A stretch of 64,000 bases of DNA from Anaerolineae bacterium (GCA_034433515.1 DAOUAL010000102.1:64556-128555); one strand, 5' to 3'; positions 27,339-36,282 are shown, counted from the stretch's first letter. Program-made: numbers and translations. The notes: generated by a model not told the origin, from the sequence alone.

Positions 27339-29513
27339 TTATCGAATCAAGAACATTACGAATGCAAAGAGTGCCGCGCCCGTGATCGCAATGATCAAAT
27401 AGTTTTGGACGCGACCGGTTTGGATGAGTTTCAAACCATCGCCCACCATATCGGTAACGATGCCGGTCCAGTTGACCAAACCATCCACAATGTTTTTATC
27501 TATCCACGCGCTCATCACACCAAAGACGCGACCCAGGGCGGCGACAAAATTGACCGTGCCGTCCACCACCCATTTGTCGAGCGCGAAGCAAACGCCGGCA
27601 AGCCAGCCAAAGAATCGGATGAAATAGCCGGCTTGGACGCGCACCGAGTCCACCGTGCCGGTCTTGCCTTCGGGTCCTTCTTTTTGCGCGACGACGAGAC
27701 CGTACAGTTCGTCGGCGTAATATTTGTTACGCAATACTTTCCATACGATACCTAGTGCCATCAAGGGATCGCGTTGCCCGGCTTTGACTGGTTTCCAACC
27801 ATAGATCAACCAGCCCAAGGCGATGCCGGCAACTGCCAATCCAACCGACAAACCGGCAATCATTGGATTGAAAGCGGTGGCTTCAAGATGTTCTTTGATG
27901 CCCAGCACACCACCTTCGCCCACAAAGTGTTCAAAGAAGGAAATGCCGGGCGCATTGATGAAACCGATGGTAAGAGCAAAGAAGGCAAGCACAGCGAGTG
28001 GTGCCCACATCACGGCGGGCGATTCGTGCGCGTGTTCGAACTTGTGATGGTCGCGCGCTTCGCCAAAAAAGGTGAGAAAGATTTGGCGCGTCATATAGAA
28101 CGCGGTAAAGAACGCAGCAATCGCCAGCATCACAAAGACCGCCGTGCCCACCACCTCGCCGTGTTGCAGTTGTTCAAAGGCGTGCGCCAGAATTTCGTCC
28201 TTGCTCCAGAACCCGGCAAAGGGTGGAATGCCGGCAAGCGCGAGCGCGCCGATGATGAATACCGTCGTTGTGATCGGCATCTTTTTGCGCACGGCACCCA
28301 TTTGCATCATATCGTTCGTGCCGATGCCGTGAATGACCGACCCCGCGCTCAAGAACAATAAGGCTTTGAAGAAGGCGTGCGTGATGAGATGAAATGCGCC
28401 GGCGACGTACGCACCAATCCCCAGCGCGGCAACCATAAACCCAAGTTGCGAGACGGTCGAGTATGCTAGCACGCGCTTGATGTCATCTTGTGCCACTCCA
28501 ATCGTGCCCGCAAACAGTGCCGTGAATGCGCCAACGATTGCTACGACAGCCATCGCCGGTCCCCCCACTTCGGCGGCGGTGATGAACAAGGGATACGTGC
28601 GTGCAATGAGGAACACCCCAGCCGCGACCATCGTGGCGGCGTGAATCAACGCGCTGACCGGCGTGGGACCTTCCATCGCGTCCGGCAACCAGACGTGGAG
28701 TGGGAATTGCGCGCTCTTGCCGATTGTGCCGCCAAGGAACAAGAGCGCGATGACGGTTACCCAAGGAACACCGGGCAACGCTTGCGCTTCGGCAAGGTGA
28801 TGCAAGTTCTTTTCGGTGAAAATTTCCGGCAGATTGAGCCCACCCGATTGAATGTAAAGAAAGATCAAACCAGCGAAAAAGAGTGTATCGCCCACGCGGG
28901 TAGTGAGGAAGGCTTTGAGCGAGGCGAATTTAGCGCGCACGGTTTGTGCATCGTCAATGTGATGTTCGTTGGGCGCGCGAATTGACCAAAAGCCGATCAG
29001 GAGGTACGAACACAAGCCCATGATTTCCCAGAACAAAAAGAATTGGAACAAGTTCGAGGAAATGACCAGCCCCAGCATCCCGCACGCGAACAAGGAAATG
29101 TACGCAAAGAATCGCGCGTAACGCGGATCATCGCTGACATGATGATGACCGTGTTCGTCGGTGTGACTGTGCCGCATATAGCCGATGCTGTAGATAAAGA
29201 TCATCAAGCAGACGGTCGTAACCATAAACAGCATCATCGCGACGAGTGGATCAATCATCACGCCGACTTGGAATTGGACATTGCCGGTTGGTAATTGCAA
29301 GAAGATGGGCAAGGTGGCATAGTACGGATGTTGCGCCAGTTCCGCGCCTTCCCCGATTGCCTCAAACAACACCAGGTAGGCGACAACGCCCGATGCCAAG
29401 ATGCCGGCAACCGCCGTGAGCGCGCTCACCTTGTTGTTGCGATGAAGAAAAAAGACGATCAGCACAAATGCGAGCAGTGGAAAGATGGGAATTAGGAAAG
29501 CGTAATTGAACAT
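27339..29513 (-). CDS. nuoL: NADH-quinone oxidoreductase subunit L (long, ~724 aa)
   Basis: ATG 29513 (MFNYAFLIPIFPLLAF) follows GAGGTGA. Contains QFPLHVWLPDAMEGPTPVSALIHAATMVAAG and a long C-terminal extension. Confidence 0.85.
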   Translation of the reverse strand: MFNYAFLIPIFPLLAFVLIVFFLHRNNKVSALTAVAGILASGVVAYLVLFEAIGEGAELAQHPYYATLPIFLQLPTGNVQFQVGVMIDPLVAMMLFMVTTVCLMIFIYSIGYMRHSHTDEHGHHHVSDDPRYARFFAYISLFACGMLGLVISSNLFQFFLFWEIMGLCSYLLIGFWSIRAPNEHHIDDAQTVRAKFASLKAFLTTRVGDTLFFAGLIFLYIQSGGLNLPEIFTEKNLHHLAEAQALPGVPWVTVIALLFLGGTIGKSAQFPLHVWLPDAMEGPTPVSALIHAATMVAAGVFLIARTYPLFITAAEVGGPAMAVVAIVGAFTALFAGTIGVAQDDIKRVLAYSTVSQLGFMVAALGIGAYVAGAFHLITHAFFKALLFLSAGSVIHGIGTNDMMQMGAVRKKMPITTTVFIIGALALAGIPPFAGFWSKDEILAHAFEQLQHGEVVGTAVFVMLAIAAFFTAFYMTRQIFLTFFGEARDHHKFEHAHESPAVMWAPLAVLAFFALTIGFINAPGISFFEHFVGEGGVLGIKEHLEATAFNPMIAGLSVGLAVAGIALGWLIYGWKPVKAGQRDPLMALGIVWKVLRNKYYADELYGLVVAQKEGPEGKTGTVDSVRVQAGYFIRFFGWLAGVCFALDKWVVDGTVNFVAALGRVFGVMSAWIDKNIVDGLVNWTGIVTDMVGDGLKLIQTGRVQNYLIIAITGAALFAFVMFLIR

Positions 29514-29526
29514 TATCACCTCAAAT

Positions 29527-29615
29527 GTGCCAATGACCCAATGAGCCAATGTGCCCAAAAGGCACGCCTACGTCGAGATGGTTTGGCTCATTGGCACATT
29601 GGAGCATTGGTTCAC
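29527..29615. repeat. CCAATG-based ~8-nt periodic repeats arranged as an imperfect long palindrome between nuoK and nuoL
   Basis: GTGCCAATGACCCAATGAGCCAATGTGCC ... GGCTCATTGGCACATTGGAGCATTGGTTCAC. The arms can pair over ~16-24 bp with 2 mismatches. Confidence 0.7.
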
Positions 29616-29619
29616 TGTC

Positions 29620-29928
29620 TTACCATTTCATCAAATCAACGTCTTCCACGTTCACCGTATCGCGCGAGCGATAGATGGCAATGATTAATGCGAGACCGAT
29701 CGCGGCTTCGGCGGCAGCAAGCGTGATGACAAATAGCGCGAAAATTTGTCCTGCCAGATCGGCGGGCTTGATATACCGCCAGAACGCAATCAGGTTGATG
29801 TTCACCGCATTGAGCATCAGTTCGATGCCGATCAAGATGCCAATCGCGTTGCGCCGCGCCAATGCGCCAAACAGACCAATGCAGAACAAGGCGGCGGCAA
29901 GAAGAAGATAAAGTTGGAGTGGAACCAT
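29620..29928 (-). CDS. nuoK: NADH-quinone oxidoreductase subunit K
   Basis: 102 aa. Contains [28 protein letters not shown]. Confidence 0.9.
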   Translation of the reverse strand: MVPLQLYLLLAAALFCIGLFGALARRNAIGILIGIELMLNAVNINLIAFWRYIKPADLAGQIFALFVITLAAAEAAIGLALIIAIYRSRDTVNVEDVDLMKW

Positions 29929-29942
29929 AGAGACCTCAGGGA

Positions 29943-30012
29943 TTAGTGGTCAGTGGTCAGTATTCAGTATTCAGTGTTCAGTGTTTAGTGTTCAGTAGTC
30001 GGTAGTCGGTTA
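29943..30012. repeat. Ten tandem heptamers (TCAGTRK) between nuoJ and nuoK
   Basis: ttagtgg tcagtgg tcagtat tcagtat tcagtgt tcagtgt ttagtgt tcagtag tcggtag tcggtta, read directly. Confidence 0.9.
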
Positions 30013-30018
30013 CGCTGG

Positions 30019-30516
30019 CTACTCTCGTGCAATCACAATCGCGCCGATAAGGGCGGCAAGCAACAAGAGCGAGACGGCTTCAAAGGGCAAGAGATACGTT
30101 GTCATTAACTCGGTACCGATTTTGGGGATTAGATCGCCGCTTACTTTTTGGGTGACGACATTCCATTTGGTACCGACCACCACAAAGAGCAGAATCGCAA
30201 ACACAATCACAGCGATCAAGGCGGCGCCCACCCATTGGGTATTAAAAGCCACTCCGCCACGCATCAAGCCGCGCGTGAGCATTACGGCAAAGAGAATCAG
30301 TACCGAGATCGCGCCGATGTAGATGAGGATTTGCACCACGCCGACAAACTCGGCTTCCAGCACAAAGTACACCCCGGCGACGCCCACAAAAGCGAGAATC
30401 AAACCCAGGGCGGCACGCAAGAGATTGGGTTGAGTAACGGCGATCAACGCGCCGACGAGCGCAATCGCCCCGACCACATAGAACGCAACATTTGTGAGAA
30501 ATAGGTCTGCGGTCAT
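30019..30516 (-). CDS. nuoJ: NADH-quinone oxidoreductase subunit J
   Basis: 165 aa. Contains FYVVGAIALVGALIAVTQPNLLRAALGLILAFVGVAGVYFVLEAEFVGVVQILIYIGAI. Confidence 0.85.
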   Translation of the reverse strand: MTADLFLTNVAFYVVGAIALVGALIAVTQPNLLRAALGLILAFVGVAGVYFVLEAEFVGVVQILIYIGAISVLILFAVMLTRGLMRGGVAFNTQWVGAALIAVIVFAILLFVVVGTKWNVVTQKVSGDLIPKIGTELMTTYLLPFEAVSLLLLAALIGAIVIARE

Positions 30517-30532
30517 CGTTGATCCTTATCGT

Positions 30533-31639
30533 TTAGAATAACCCGTATTGTTTCAGCGCAGGCAGTGCATAAGTTACAAACAAACTTGCCAAGAGGATGT
30601 TGATGAGGGCAATCGGCACAAGCACCTTCCACGCAAACTTCATCAAATGATCTACCCGCACGCGGGGCCATGTCATTCGAATCCACATTCCCAACAAAAC
30701 GAGTGCATAGACCTTGATGATGAACCATACATAGCCGGGGAGCCAAGGTCCCTGCCAGCCCCCCAGGAAGAGGGTTACGGCGACACTGCAAACGAGGAAA
30801 AAGTTGAAATACTCGCCAACGTAGAACAAGCCCCATTTCAAACCGCTGTACTCGGTATGATGCCCCGCCACAATTTCCGATTCGCCTTCCGGAATATCGA
30901 ACGGGGTGCGATTGACTTCGGCGAGCGCGCTGATGTAATAAACGATAAACGCAATCGGTCCGACCGGGAACGCAAAAATGTACCAGCCCAAACCACTCCA
31001 GCCGCTTTGTGCTGCCACAATATCATTCATCGAAAGTGAACCCGCCATCAAGGCGATGACAACAATGGTGAGTACTTGGGGCACTTCGTACGAAACCATT
31101 TGCGCCACCGCGCGCATTCCACCCAGCAACGAAAACTTGTTGTTCGAGCCATAGCCCGCCATAAAGAGTCCAATCGTCCCAATCGAGCCAATCGCCACGA
31201 CCCAGAGCAAGCCGATGTTCAAATCTACGGGCGACATGCCTTTGCCCCACGGAATCACCGCGAAAGCCAGGACGGCGGGTGCGGCGGTGACCATCGGCGC
31301 GAGGGTGTGTACCAGGCGATCGGCATTTGCCGGGATGATGTCTTCTTTGATCAGCATCTTGATCGTATCGGCGATGGGTTGCAACAAGCCCCAGGGTCCC
31401 ACGCGGTTGGGGCCCACGCGATCTTGCACCCGCGCGGCAATCTTGCGCTCGAACCAAATCATCGCCAGCACCATCAATACGAGCCACAACAAGAGCACGA
31501 CGACGACAATCAAGCCCATAATGCCGGCGACCAGCGCGCTTTCGACATCGGCACGGAGATTCCAGCCCGCCAAGAGTGCATGCAATACACCAGCGAGCCA
31601 GTCGTACAGATTAGGAAAAAGATTGTTTAGAATGTCCAT
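30533..31639 (-). CDS. nuoH: NADH-quinone oxidoreductase subunit H
   Basis: 368 aa. Contains FERKIAARVQDRVGPNRVGPWGLLQPIADTIKMLIKEDIIP and AEVNRTPFDIPEGESEIVAGHHTEYSG. Confidence 0.9.
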   Translation of the reverse strand: MDILNNLFPNLYDWLAGVLHALLAGWNLRADVESALVAGIMGLIVVVVLLLWLVLMVLAMIWFERKIAARVQDRVGPNRVGPWGLLQPIADTIKMLIKEDIIPANADRLVHTLAPMVTAAPAVLAFAVIPWGKGMSPVDLNIGLLWVVAIGSIGTIGLFMAGYGSNNKFSLLGGMRAVAQMVSYEVPQVLTIVVIALMAGSLSMNDIVAAQSGWSGLGWYIFAFPVGPIAFIVYYISALAEVNRTPFDIPEGESEIVAGHHTEYSGLKWGLFYVGEYFNFFLVCSVAVTLFLGGWQGPWLPGYVWFIIKVYALVLLGMWIRMTWPRVRVDHLMKFAWKVLVPIALINILLASLFVTYALPALKQYGLF

Positions 31640-31699
31640 ATCCAGTCCCAGGTTTCAGGTAAGGTACAGGTCGTCAAAACAGATGACCTGCCATCAAGG

Positions 31700-32074
31700 T
31701 TACACCCATTCCAGCAATCGCTTGCGCCAGGCGTACGCCAGTGCGACGACGAGGATGCCCAAAAAGATTGCCATCTCGACGAGCGCAAAGAGCCCGAGCG
31801 CATTGTAGGCGACAGCCCAGGGGTAGAGGAAAATAACTTCGACGTCGAACACGACAAAGATGAGCGCAAAGATATAGTACTGGACGCGGAATTGAACCCA
31901 GACATGTTGCGCTTCTTCGGGGAAATCTTCAAACTCGAGACCACATTCATACGTGGTGAGTTTGGATTTGTTGGGCTTTTTGGGGCGAACCAACCAAGAG
32001 ACAAATAGACCAATGGGAGGAAAAAGGGCGGCGACAATTGCAAAGAGGGCAACCATGCCATATTGATCAAGCAC
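31700..32074 (-). CDS. nuoA: NADH-quinone oxidoreductase subunit A
   Basis: Contains TYECGLE...YYIFALIFVVFDVEVIFLYPWAV. GTG 32074 is preferred because AAGGAG lies 8 nt upstream, and the track start 32146 falls on the -35 box of the predicted promoter. Confidence 0.8.
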   Translation of the reverse strand: MLDQYGMVALFAIVAALFPPIGLFVSWLVRPKKPNKSKLTTYECGLEFEDFPEEAQHVWVQFRVQYYIFALIFVVFDVEVIFLYPWAVAYNALGLFALVEMAIFLGILVVALAYAWRKRLLEWV

Positions 32075-32117
32075 GTTGGCTACTCCTTTGTAGAAAGATT
32101 GAGCTTGAACACGATTT

Positions 32118-32146
32118 ATTATATCATACCCATCGTGTTTTGACAA
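32118..32146 (-). promoter_or_regulatory. Sigma-70-like promoter of the nuo operon (TTGTCA-N17-TATAAT)
   Basis: Minus strand reads ttgtca aaacacgatgggtatga tataat, ~40 nt upstream of the nuoA GTG. Confidence 0.5.
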
Positions 32147-32205
32147 AAATTCCTATCTTGATCATTATACACAAGGTCGCCTGATTTGCCAATTAAAAGA
32201 GAACG

Positions 32206-32216
32206 TGTGCTATAAT
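32206..32216 (+). promoter_or_regulatory. Extended -10 element TGTGCTATAAT, 7 nt upstream of GTG 32224
   Basis: Read directly. A near-identical element with the same geometry lies at 59370-59380. Confidence 0.4.
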
Positions 32217-33231
32217 GTCTTGCGTGGCTGTGCAATATCATCTCGTCGAAAATCCGGCTGCACACGCATGGGACGATTTTGTGGCGTCGCGCAGCGGACA
32301 TATTTTGCAATCCAGCGCGTGGGGTGAACTGAAATCGAAATTTGGGTGGAGTGTGCATCGCTTGGCACTGGCTGGCGCGGAGGAAATGATTGCCGGGGCA
32401 CAAATTTTATTTCGACGTTTGCCGCTCGGTTTGTGTTTTGCGTACATCCCGCGCGGTCCCGTCGCCGATTTCAACGAGGCTCATACAGTTGAGTTTTTAT
32501 TCAACACGATCTTTGCCGTTGCCAAGTCGCATAACGCCTTTGCGCTCAAAATTGAACCCAATACTTGGCACTTTGAACCTTTAACTTTTAACTTGAGACC
32601 TTCAACAACCATCCAGCCCTGCACCACCCTCCATCTCGATCTCACGCGTGACCTCGATGCGATTTTGGCGCAGATGAAACCCAAATGGCGTTACAACATT
32701 CGTTTGGCGGAACGCAAAGGCATTACTGTACGCGCCGGCAGTGTGGATGATTTGCCAACCTTTTATCGTTTGATGCAGATCACTAGCATGCGCGACAAGT
32801 TTGCGATTCATTCCGCCGATTATTATCGCACCGCATTCGAACTTTTTACCGCCCGCGATTACGCGCGCTTGTTCGTTGCCGAGTACGCCGGCGAACCGCT
32901 TGCGATGATTTTCGTAACCGCGTTCGGCGGTGAAGCGATCTATCTGTATGGCGCGTCGTCCAACGCGCACCGTGAGCGAATGCCGAATCACGCGTTGCAT
33001 TGGGCAGCGATTCAATGGGCAAAGGCGCGTGGGTGTACGCGGTACGATTTGTGGGGCTTGGGCGCGACGACTGAAGCGGATGAACAAACGGCGCACGGTT
33101 TATATCAATTCAAGCAAGGATTCGGCGGCAAATTGGTGCAGTACGCCGGCGGCTATGATGCGGTGTTCTCGCGCTGGAAGTATGCGCTGTACGAACTGGC
33201 GGTGAAGGTCAGGCGAGGTAGATTGGGATGA
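32215..33231 (+). CDS. FemAB-family peptidyltransferase (peptidoglycan interpeptide-bridge formation type)
   Basis: Contains GHILQSSAWGELKSKFGW, MKPKWRYNIRLAERKGITVR, YLYGASSNAHRERMPNHALHW and YQFKQGFGG. The start is uncertain. ATG 32215 lies inside the -10 box, so GTG 32224 (leaderless) is an alternative. Confidence 0.8.
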   Translation: MSCVAVQYHLVENPAAHAWDDFVASRSGHILQSSAWGELKSKFGWSVHRLALAGAEEMIAGAQILFRRLPLGLCFAYIPRGPVADFNEAHTVEFLFNTIFAVAKSHNAFALKIEPNTWHFEPLTFNLRPSTTIQPCTTLHLDLTRDLDAILAQMKPKWRYNIRLAERKGITVRAGSVDDLPTFYRLMQITSMRDKFAIHSADYYRTAFELFTARDYARLFVAEYAGEPLAMIFVTAFGGEAIYLYGASSNAHRERMPNHALHWAAIQWAKARGCTRYDLWGLGATTEADEQTAHGLYQFKQGFGGKLVQYAGGYDAVFSRWKYALYELAVKVRRGRLG

Positions 33232-33268
33232 AAACACCATCGAATAAATTCGACGGCTAGAAAAATGA

Positions 33269-33289
33269 AAGCCGACTTGATGTCGGCTT
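33269..33289 (-). terminator. Terminator of the vapBC unit
   Basis: AAGCCGAC-ttgat-GTCGGCTT. On the minus strand it is followed by TCATTTTTC. Confidence 0.5.
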
Positions 33290-33331
33290 GGATCCCTCAG
33301 ATATGCGCTTGAGCGATTGGCGCCGTGGCAG

Positions 33332-33811
33332 TCATCTCTTGCCGTGCTTTGCAGTTTTCCATTCTCTCAGCAACCTTGGCAAGTCGGTTGGAAATGATAC
33401 TAGCCCGATTTGTTCGGCGGCTTGCCACAAAGACACATCAAACGTTGCTAATGTGACAGACTCGCCCATTGTTTCTTGCCACAGCGATGCGGCTGCCAAA
33501 TGAATGGCGTCATAGCCGCGCAGATGGTGTTTCCACGCCAGAAGGTCTGCGCGAGATACAACGGTCTCGGTGATTGGTGTGCGGACAAGATCGTTCCAAG
33601 CGCGCCGGAACATTTGTAAACTAGACAGTCCCTCCGTGCGTCGCAATGCTCCCATTCGTACCGCTTTGCCAAGCGCAGCGGCTACTTCAGCACGGCTAAT
33701 CAAGGATGTGCCGACAAGATTGGCGCTTGTGACAGCGGCTTTTGTCTCGATCGAGCCGTATTCGGTCACATAGAGTTTGACTAATGCGCTTGCGTCAAGA
33801 TAGAGGATCAT
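33332..33811 (-). CDS. vapC: PIN-domain toxin (VapC family)
   Basis: MILYLDASALVKLY (first acidic residue), then GYDAIHLAAA and ATFD. Its start overlaps the antitoxin stop (ATGA). Confidence 0.8.
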   Translation of the reverse strand: MILYLDASALVKLYVTEYGSIETKAAVTSANLVGTSLISRAEVAAALGKAVRMGALRRTEGLSSLQMFRRAWNDLVRTPITETVVSRADLLAWKHHLRGYDAIHLAAASLWQETMGESVTLATFDVSLWQAAEQIGLVSFPTDLPRLLREWKTAKHGKR

Positions 33812-34083
33812 TCGCGATTCTCCAGCAATATCTCAGCCACAGACTTTTTGCCGTGTGTGCGTGGCGTATGTTTTGGAGCACGAAATTTTTTTCCGCTCCA
33901 CGCCATCAACCCTGAGCGCACAAGCGCGCGTGTGCGTGCCTCCAGTGGCGTCCCGATGGGTACGAGCTGAACGATCGGTTTTCCTCGTTCTGTGATAATG
34001 AGCGTGCCGCCCGACTTGACCTGCCGCACATAAGTACCTAAACGCGTTTTCAATTCGCGAATCCCCACGGTCTCTTGCACCAT
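33808..34083 (-). CDS. vapB: Phd/YefM-type antitoxin
   Basis: ATG 34083 after GGGAGG. Contains VGIRELKTRLGTYVRQVKSGGTLIITERGKPIVQLVPIG. Confidence 0.8.
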   Translation of the reverse strand: MVQETVGIRELKTRLGTYVRQVKSGGTLIITERGKPIVQLVPIGTPLEARTRALVRSGLMAWSGKKFRAPKHTPRTHGKKSVAEILLENRE

Positions 34084-34274
34084 TTTTGCCTCCCTACCAA
34101 TGTGGCTACATTCTACCAAAAGTGGCTACAATTTGCAATAATGCTTATACGGGTGAGTATTCACCTGTGTTACGACAAACCAAGTGAAACAATCCCAAAA
34201 AACTATGAAGATTACTTCGTTGCAAAAAACGCTCCTCCCCATGACGCGAGCGAGATGTGAATAATCACCAGTGC

Positions 34275-35261
34275 TTATACCCGTACTTTCTCTTGCGCCT
34301 CGATCATTTTATCCATCAGCGCATCCAATCTCTTGTCCACCACCTGCCGCGCCGGGTCGGCATCAAACCACGCCATAATTTCGCGCGCGCCATGCGAAAA
34401 TGGAATCGTTGCCACAAAACCCGGCACCACACGTTTGATCTTGCTGTTATCGAAAATCATACTGTGTGCCTTGTCGCCCAGCAAACCATCCCCCCATGTT
34501 TTATCGTACGTCGCGATCACGTCGGAAGGGATGTGAACGATGTGCGCTTGTGTGCCCGCCGCCTGCGCGATGATTTCGTAAATCTGATTCCACGTTAGCC
34601 ATTCGTCGGACGTGATGTGGAATGCATCACCGATAGCGTGGGAGTTACCCAGCAAGCCAATGAATCCTTTGGCAAAATCGCGGTGATGCGTGAGCGTCCA
34701 CAACGATGTGCCATCGCCGTGCACGATCACTTTTTTACCTTGGCGCATTCGGTTCACGACGGTGTAACGCCCCGTGACCGGCAACATCGTTTGATCGTAC
34801 GTGTGCGAGGGGCGCACGATGGTGGCGGGGAATTTTTTGTCGCGGTACGCTTGCATCAGCACGTGCTCACACGCAATCTTGGCACGCGAATAATCCCAGT
34901 ACGGATTATCGAGCGGCGTGGATTCCGTGACCGGCAAACTGGCTGGGGGTGTTTGATAAACCGACGCTGAACTGATGAACACGTACTGCGCCGTGCGCCC
35001 GCGAAACAATTCCAGATCGGCTTGCACGTGATCGGGGGTGAATGCAATCCAATTGACCACTGCATCAAATTGATAGCCGGCTAATACGCGTTTCGTTTCC
35101 TCCATGTTGCGAATGTCGCCGCGCAAAACATGCGCGCCGTGCGGCGCTGGGCGCACCGATTCGCCACGGTTGAGCAAATACAGTTCGATGCCGCGTTCGA
35201 TTGCCAATTGCGAACAAGCCGAACTGATGACGCCGGTTCCGCCGATAAATAAAACCTTCAT
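34275..35261 (-). CDS. NAD-dependent epimerase/dehydratase (extended SDR)
   Basis: MKVLFIGGTGVISSA, plus YSRAKIACE (YxxxK). RBS CAGGAGG. Confidence 0.8.
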   Translation of the reverse strand: MKVLFIGGTGVISSACSQLAIERGIELYLLNRGESVRPAPHGAHVLRGDIRNMEETKRVLAGYQFDAVVNWIAFTPDHVQADLELFRGRTAQYVFISSASVYQTPPASLPVTESTPLDNPYWDYSRAKIACEHVLMQAYRDKKFPATIVRPSHTYDQTMLPVTGRYTVVNRMRQGKKVIVHGDGTSLWTLTHHRDFAKGFIGLLGNSHAIGDAFHITSDEWLTWNQIYEIIAQAAGTQAHIVHIPSDVIATYDKTWGDGLLGDKAHSMIFDNSKIKRVVPGFVATIPFSHGAREIMAWFDADPARQVVDKRLDALMDKMIEAQEKVRV

Positions 35262-35376
35262 ACAATCCTCCTGGTTTCTATGTTTTTGAGTTCTCGGTAG
35301 TAAAATCGCTCAAGTTCGGTCAATGAAAAACGATTCCCGAACCATCGAGAATCGCTTTTCTGTTGGCACGCCCAAA

Positions 35377-36282
35377 CTATTTTTGGCTGATCACCACAAA
35401 ACGATCCGCTGCCAAGGTCATCCTTACTTTGCCGTCGCTGACGCGCACCAGATTGTCCAGATGCGTAAAGTGTTTGGTATCGAGAAGGAGAACCTGTTCC
35501 CGTTTCTTTTCGAGCCATTTCAGAAATTTGGCCAAGTTGCCATCGGTCTCTGCCAGATAATCGGTGAGGCGGCGAAAAAGTTTGGGAAAGATGACACCGT
35601 TCGCTTCCAAATCGGCTTGGGTCTTGACTTGGACGCCGGTCAGCGTTCGATCCTCCGCCCACACGCCCCGTTTGGCTTTGCGCGCTCGGCGTGCGGCAGC
35701 GGCAAGTGGATTACGGAGTTCGGCAAACAGGGTATCGTAGAACAGCGGGTATGCATTGCCGCTCACGATGAGTTTATAGTTGACACTTTGTTTGAGTAAT
35801 GCCGGGGTCAAATAAATTTCCGTGCCATCAGCCGCCGGTGGCTCGCCGGTAAACACAAACGAGACGGGGCGTCCGTTCACTTCGAGTGAGCGCGAAAGGA
35901 TGAACCCAGGCGTTGCATCGTGCGGCACGGGTGGTTTGACTTTAAGGTTTTCGGGTGGAGTGTACGGGACCGGATTCAGACCCAATGCACCGGTCAGGAA
36001 ATCGCGCGCGGCATCGGCAAGTCTGCGGGGTTGATGAGAGACGGCGCCGCCTTTATCGGGTTTGTAGTGCTCTTCTAGCGCATCAATCCCTTCCATTCGC
36101 AACTGCACCGAGCTGATGTTGGAGAATTGCACCGGTTTGGTCAAGACGGTGAGGCGGTTGAGCAAGGAGGGTTTGTTCGGCTTGAAATGAATCGAGTCGC
36201 CGTCCGGCTCAAAGCCGATGGGTTTGCCGGTTTTGGTCTTGTTGACCAAGCGAAACGTTCCTTGGATAACGAGGAAGGGCAC
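35377..36282 (-). CDS. Staphylococcal-nuclease (SNase/thermonuclease)-like protein with ~95-aa C-terminal extension
   Basis: 301 aa, colinear with SNase. PDGDSIHF matches IDGDTVKL. VQLRMEGIDALEE matches FRLLLVDTPE, with Arg-x4-Asp-x2-Glu spacing as in Arg35/Asp40/Glu43. NGRPVSFVF matches YGRGLAYIY (Arg87). ARRARKAKRGVWAED matches AQAKKEKLNIWSE. It lies 9 bp downstream of the TIR gene. Confidence 0.65.
   Translation of the reverse strand: MPFLVIQGTFRLVNKTKTGKPIGFEPDGDSIHFKPNKPSLLNRLTVLTKPVQFSNISSVQLRMEGIDALEEHYKPDKGGAVSHQPRRLADAARDFLTGALGLNPVPYTPPENLKVKPPVPHDATPGFILSRSLEVNGRPVSFVFTGEPPAADGTEIYLTPALLKQSVNYKLIVSGNAYPLFYDTLFAELRNPLAAAARRARKAKRGVWAEDRTLTGVQVKTQADLEANGVIFPKLFRRLTDYLAETDGNLAKFLKWLEKKREQVLLLDTKHFTHLDNLVRVSDGKVRMTLAADRFVVISQK

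Noticed and set aside
29943-30012. Possible CRISPR array or other spaced repeat.
   Set aside because: The units are contiguous 7-mers with no spacers. No cas genes and no 25-40-bp repeat/spacer periodicity occur anywhere in the window.
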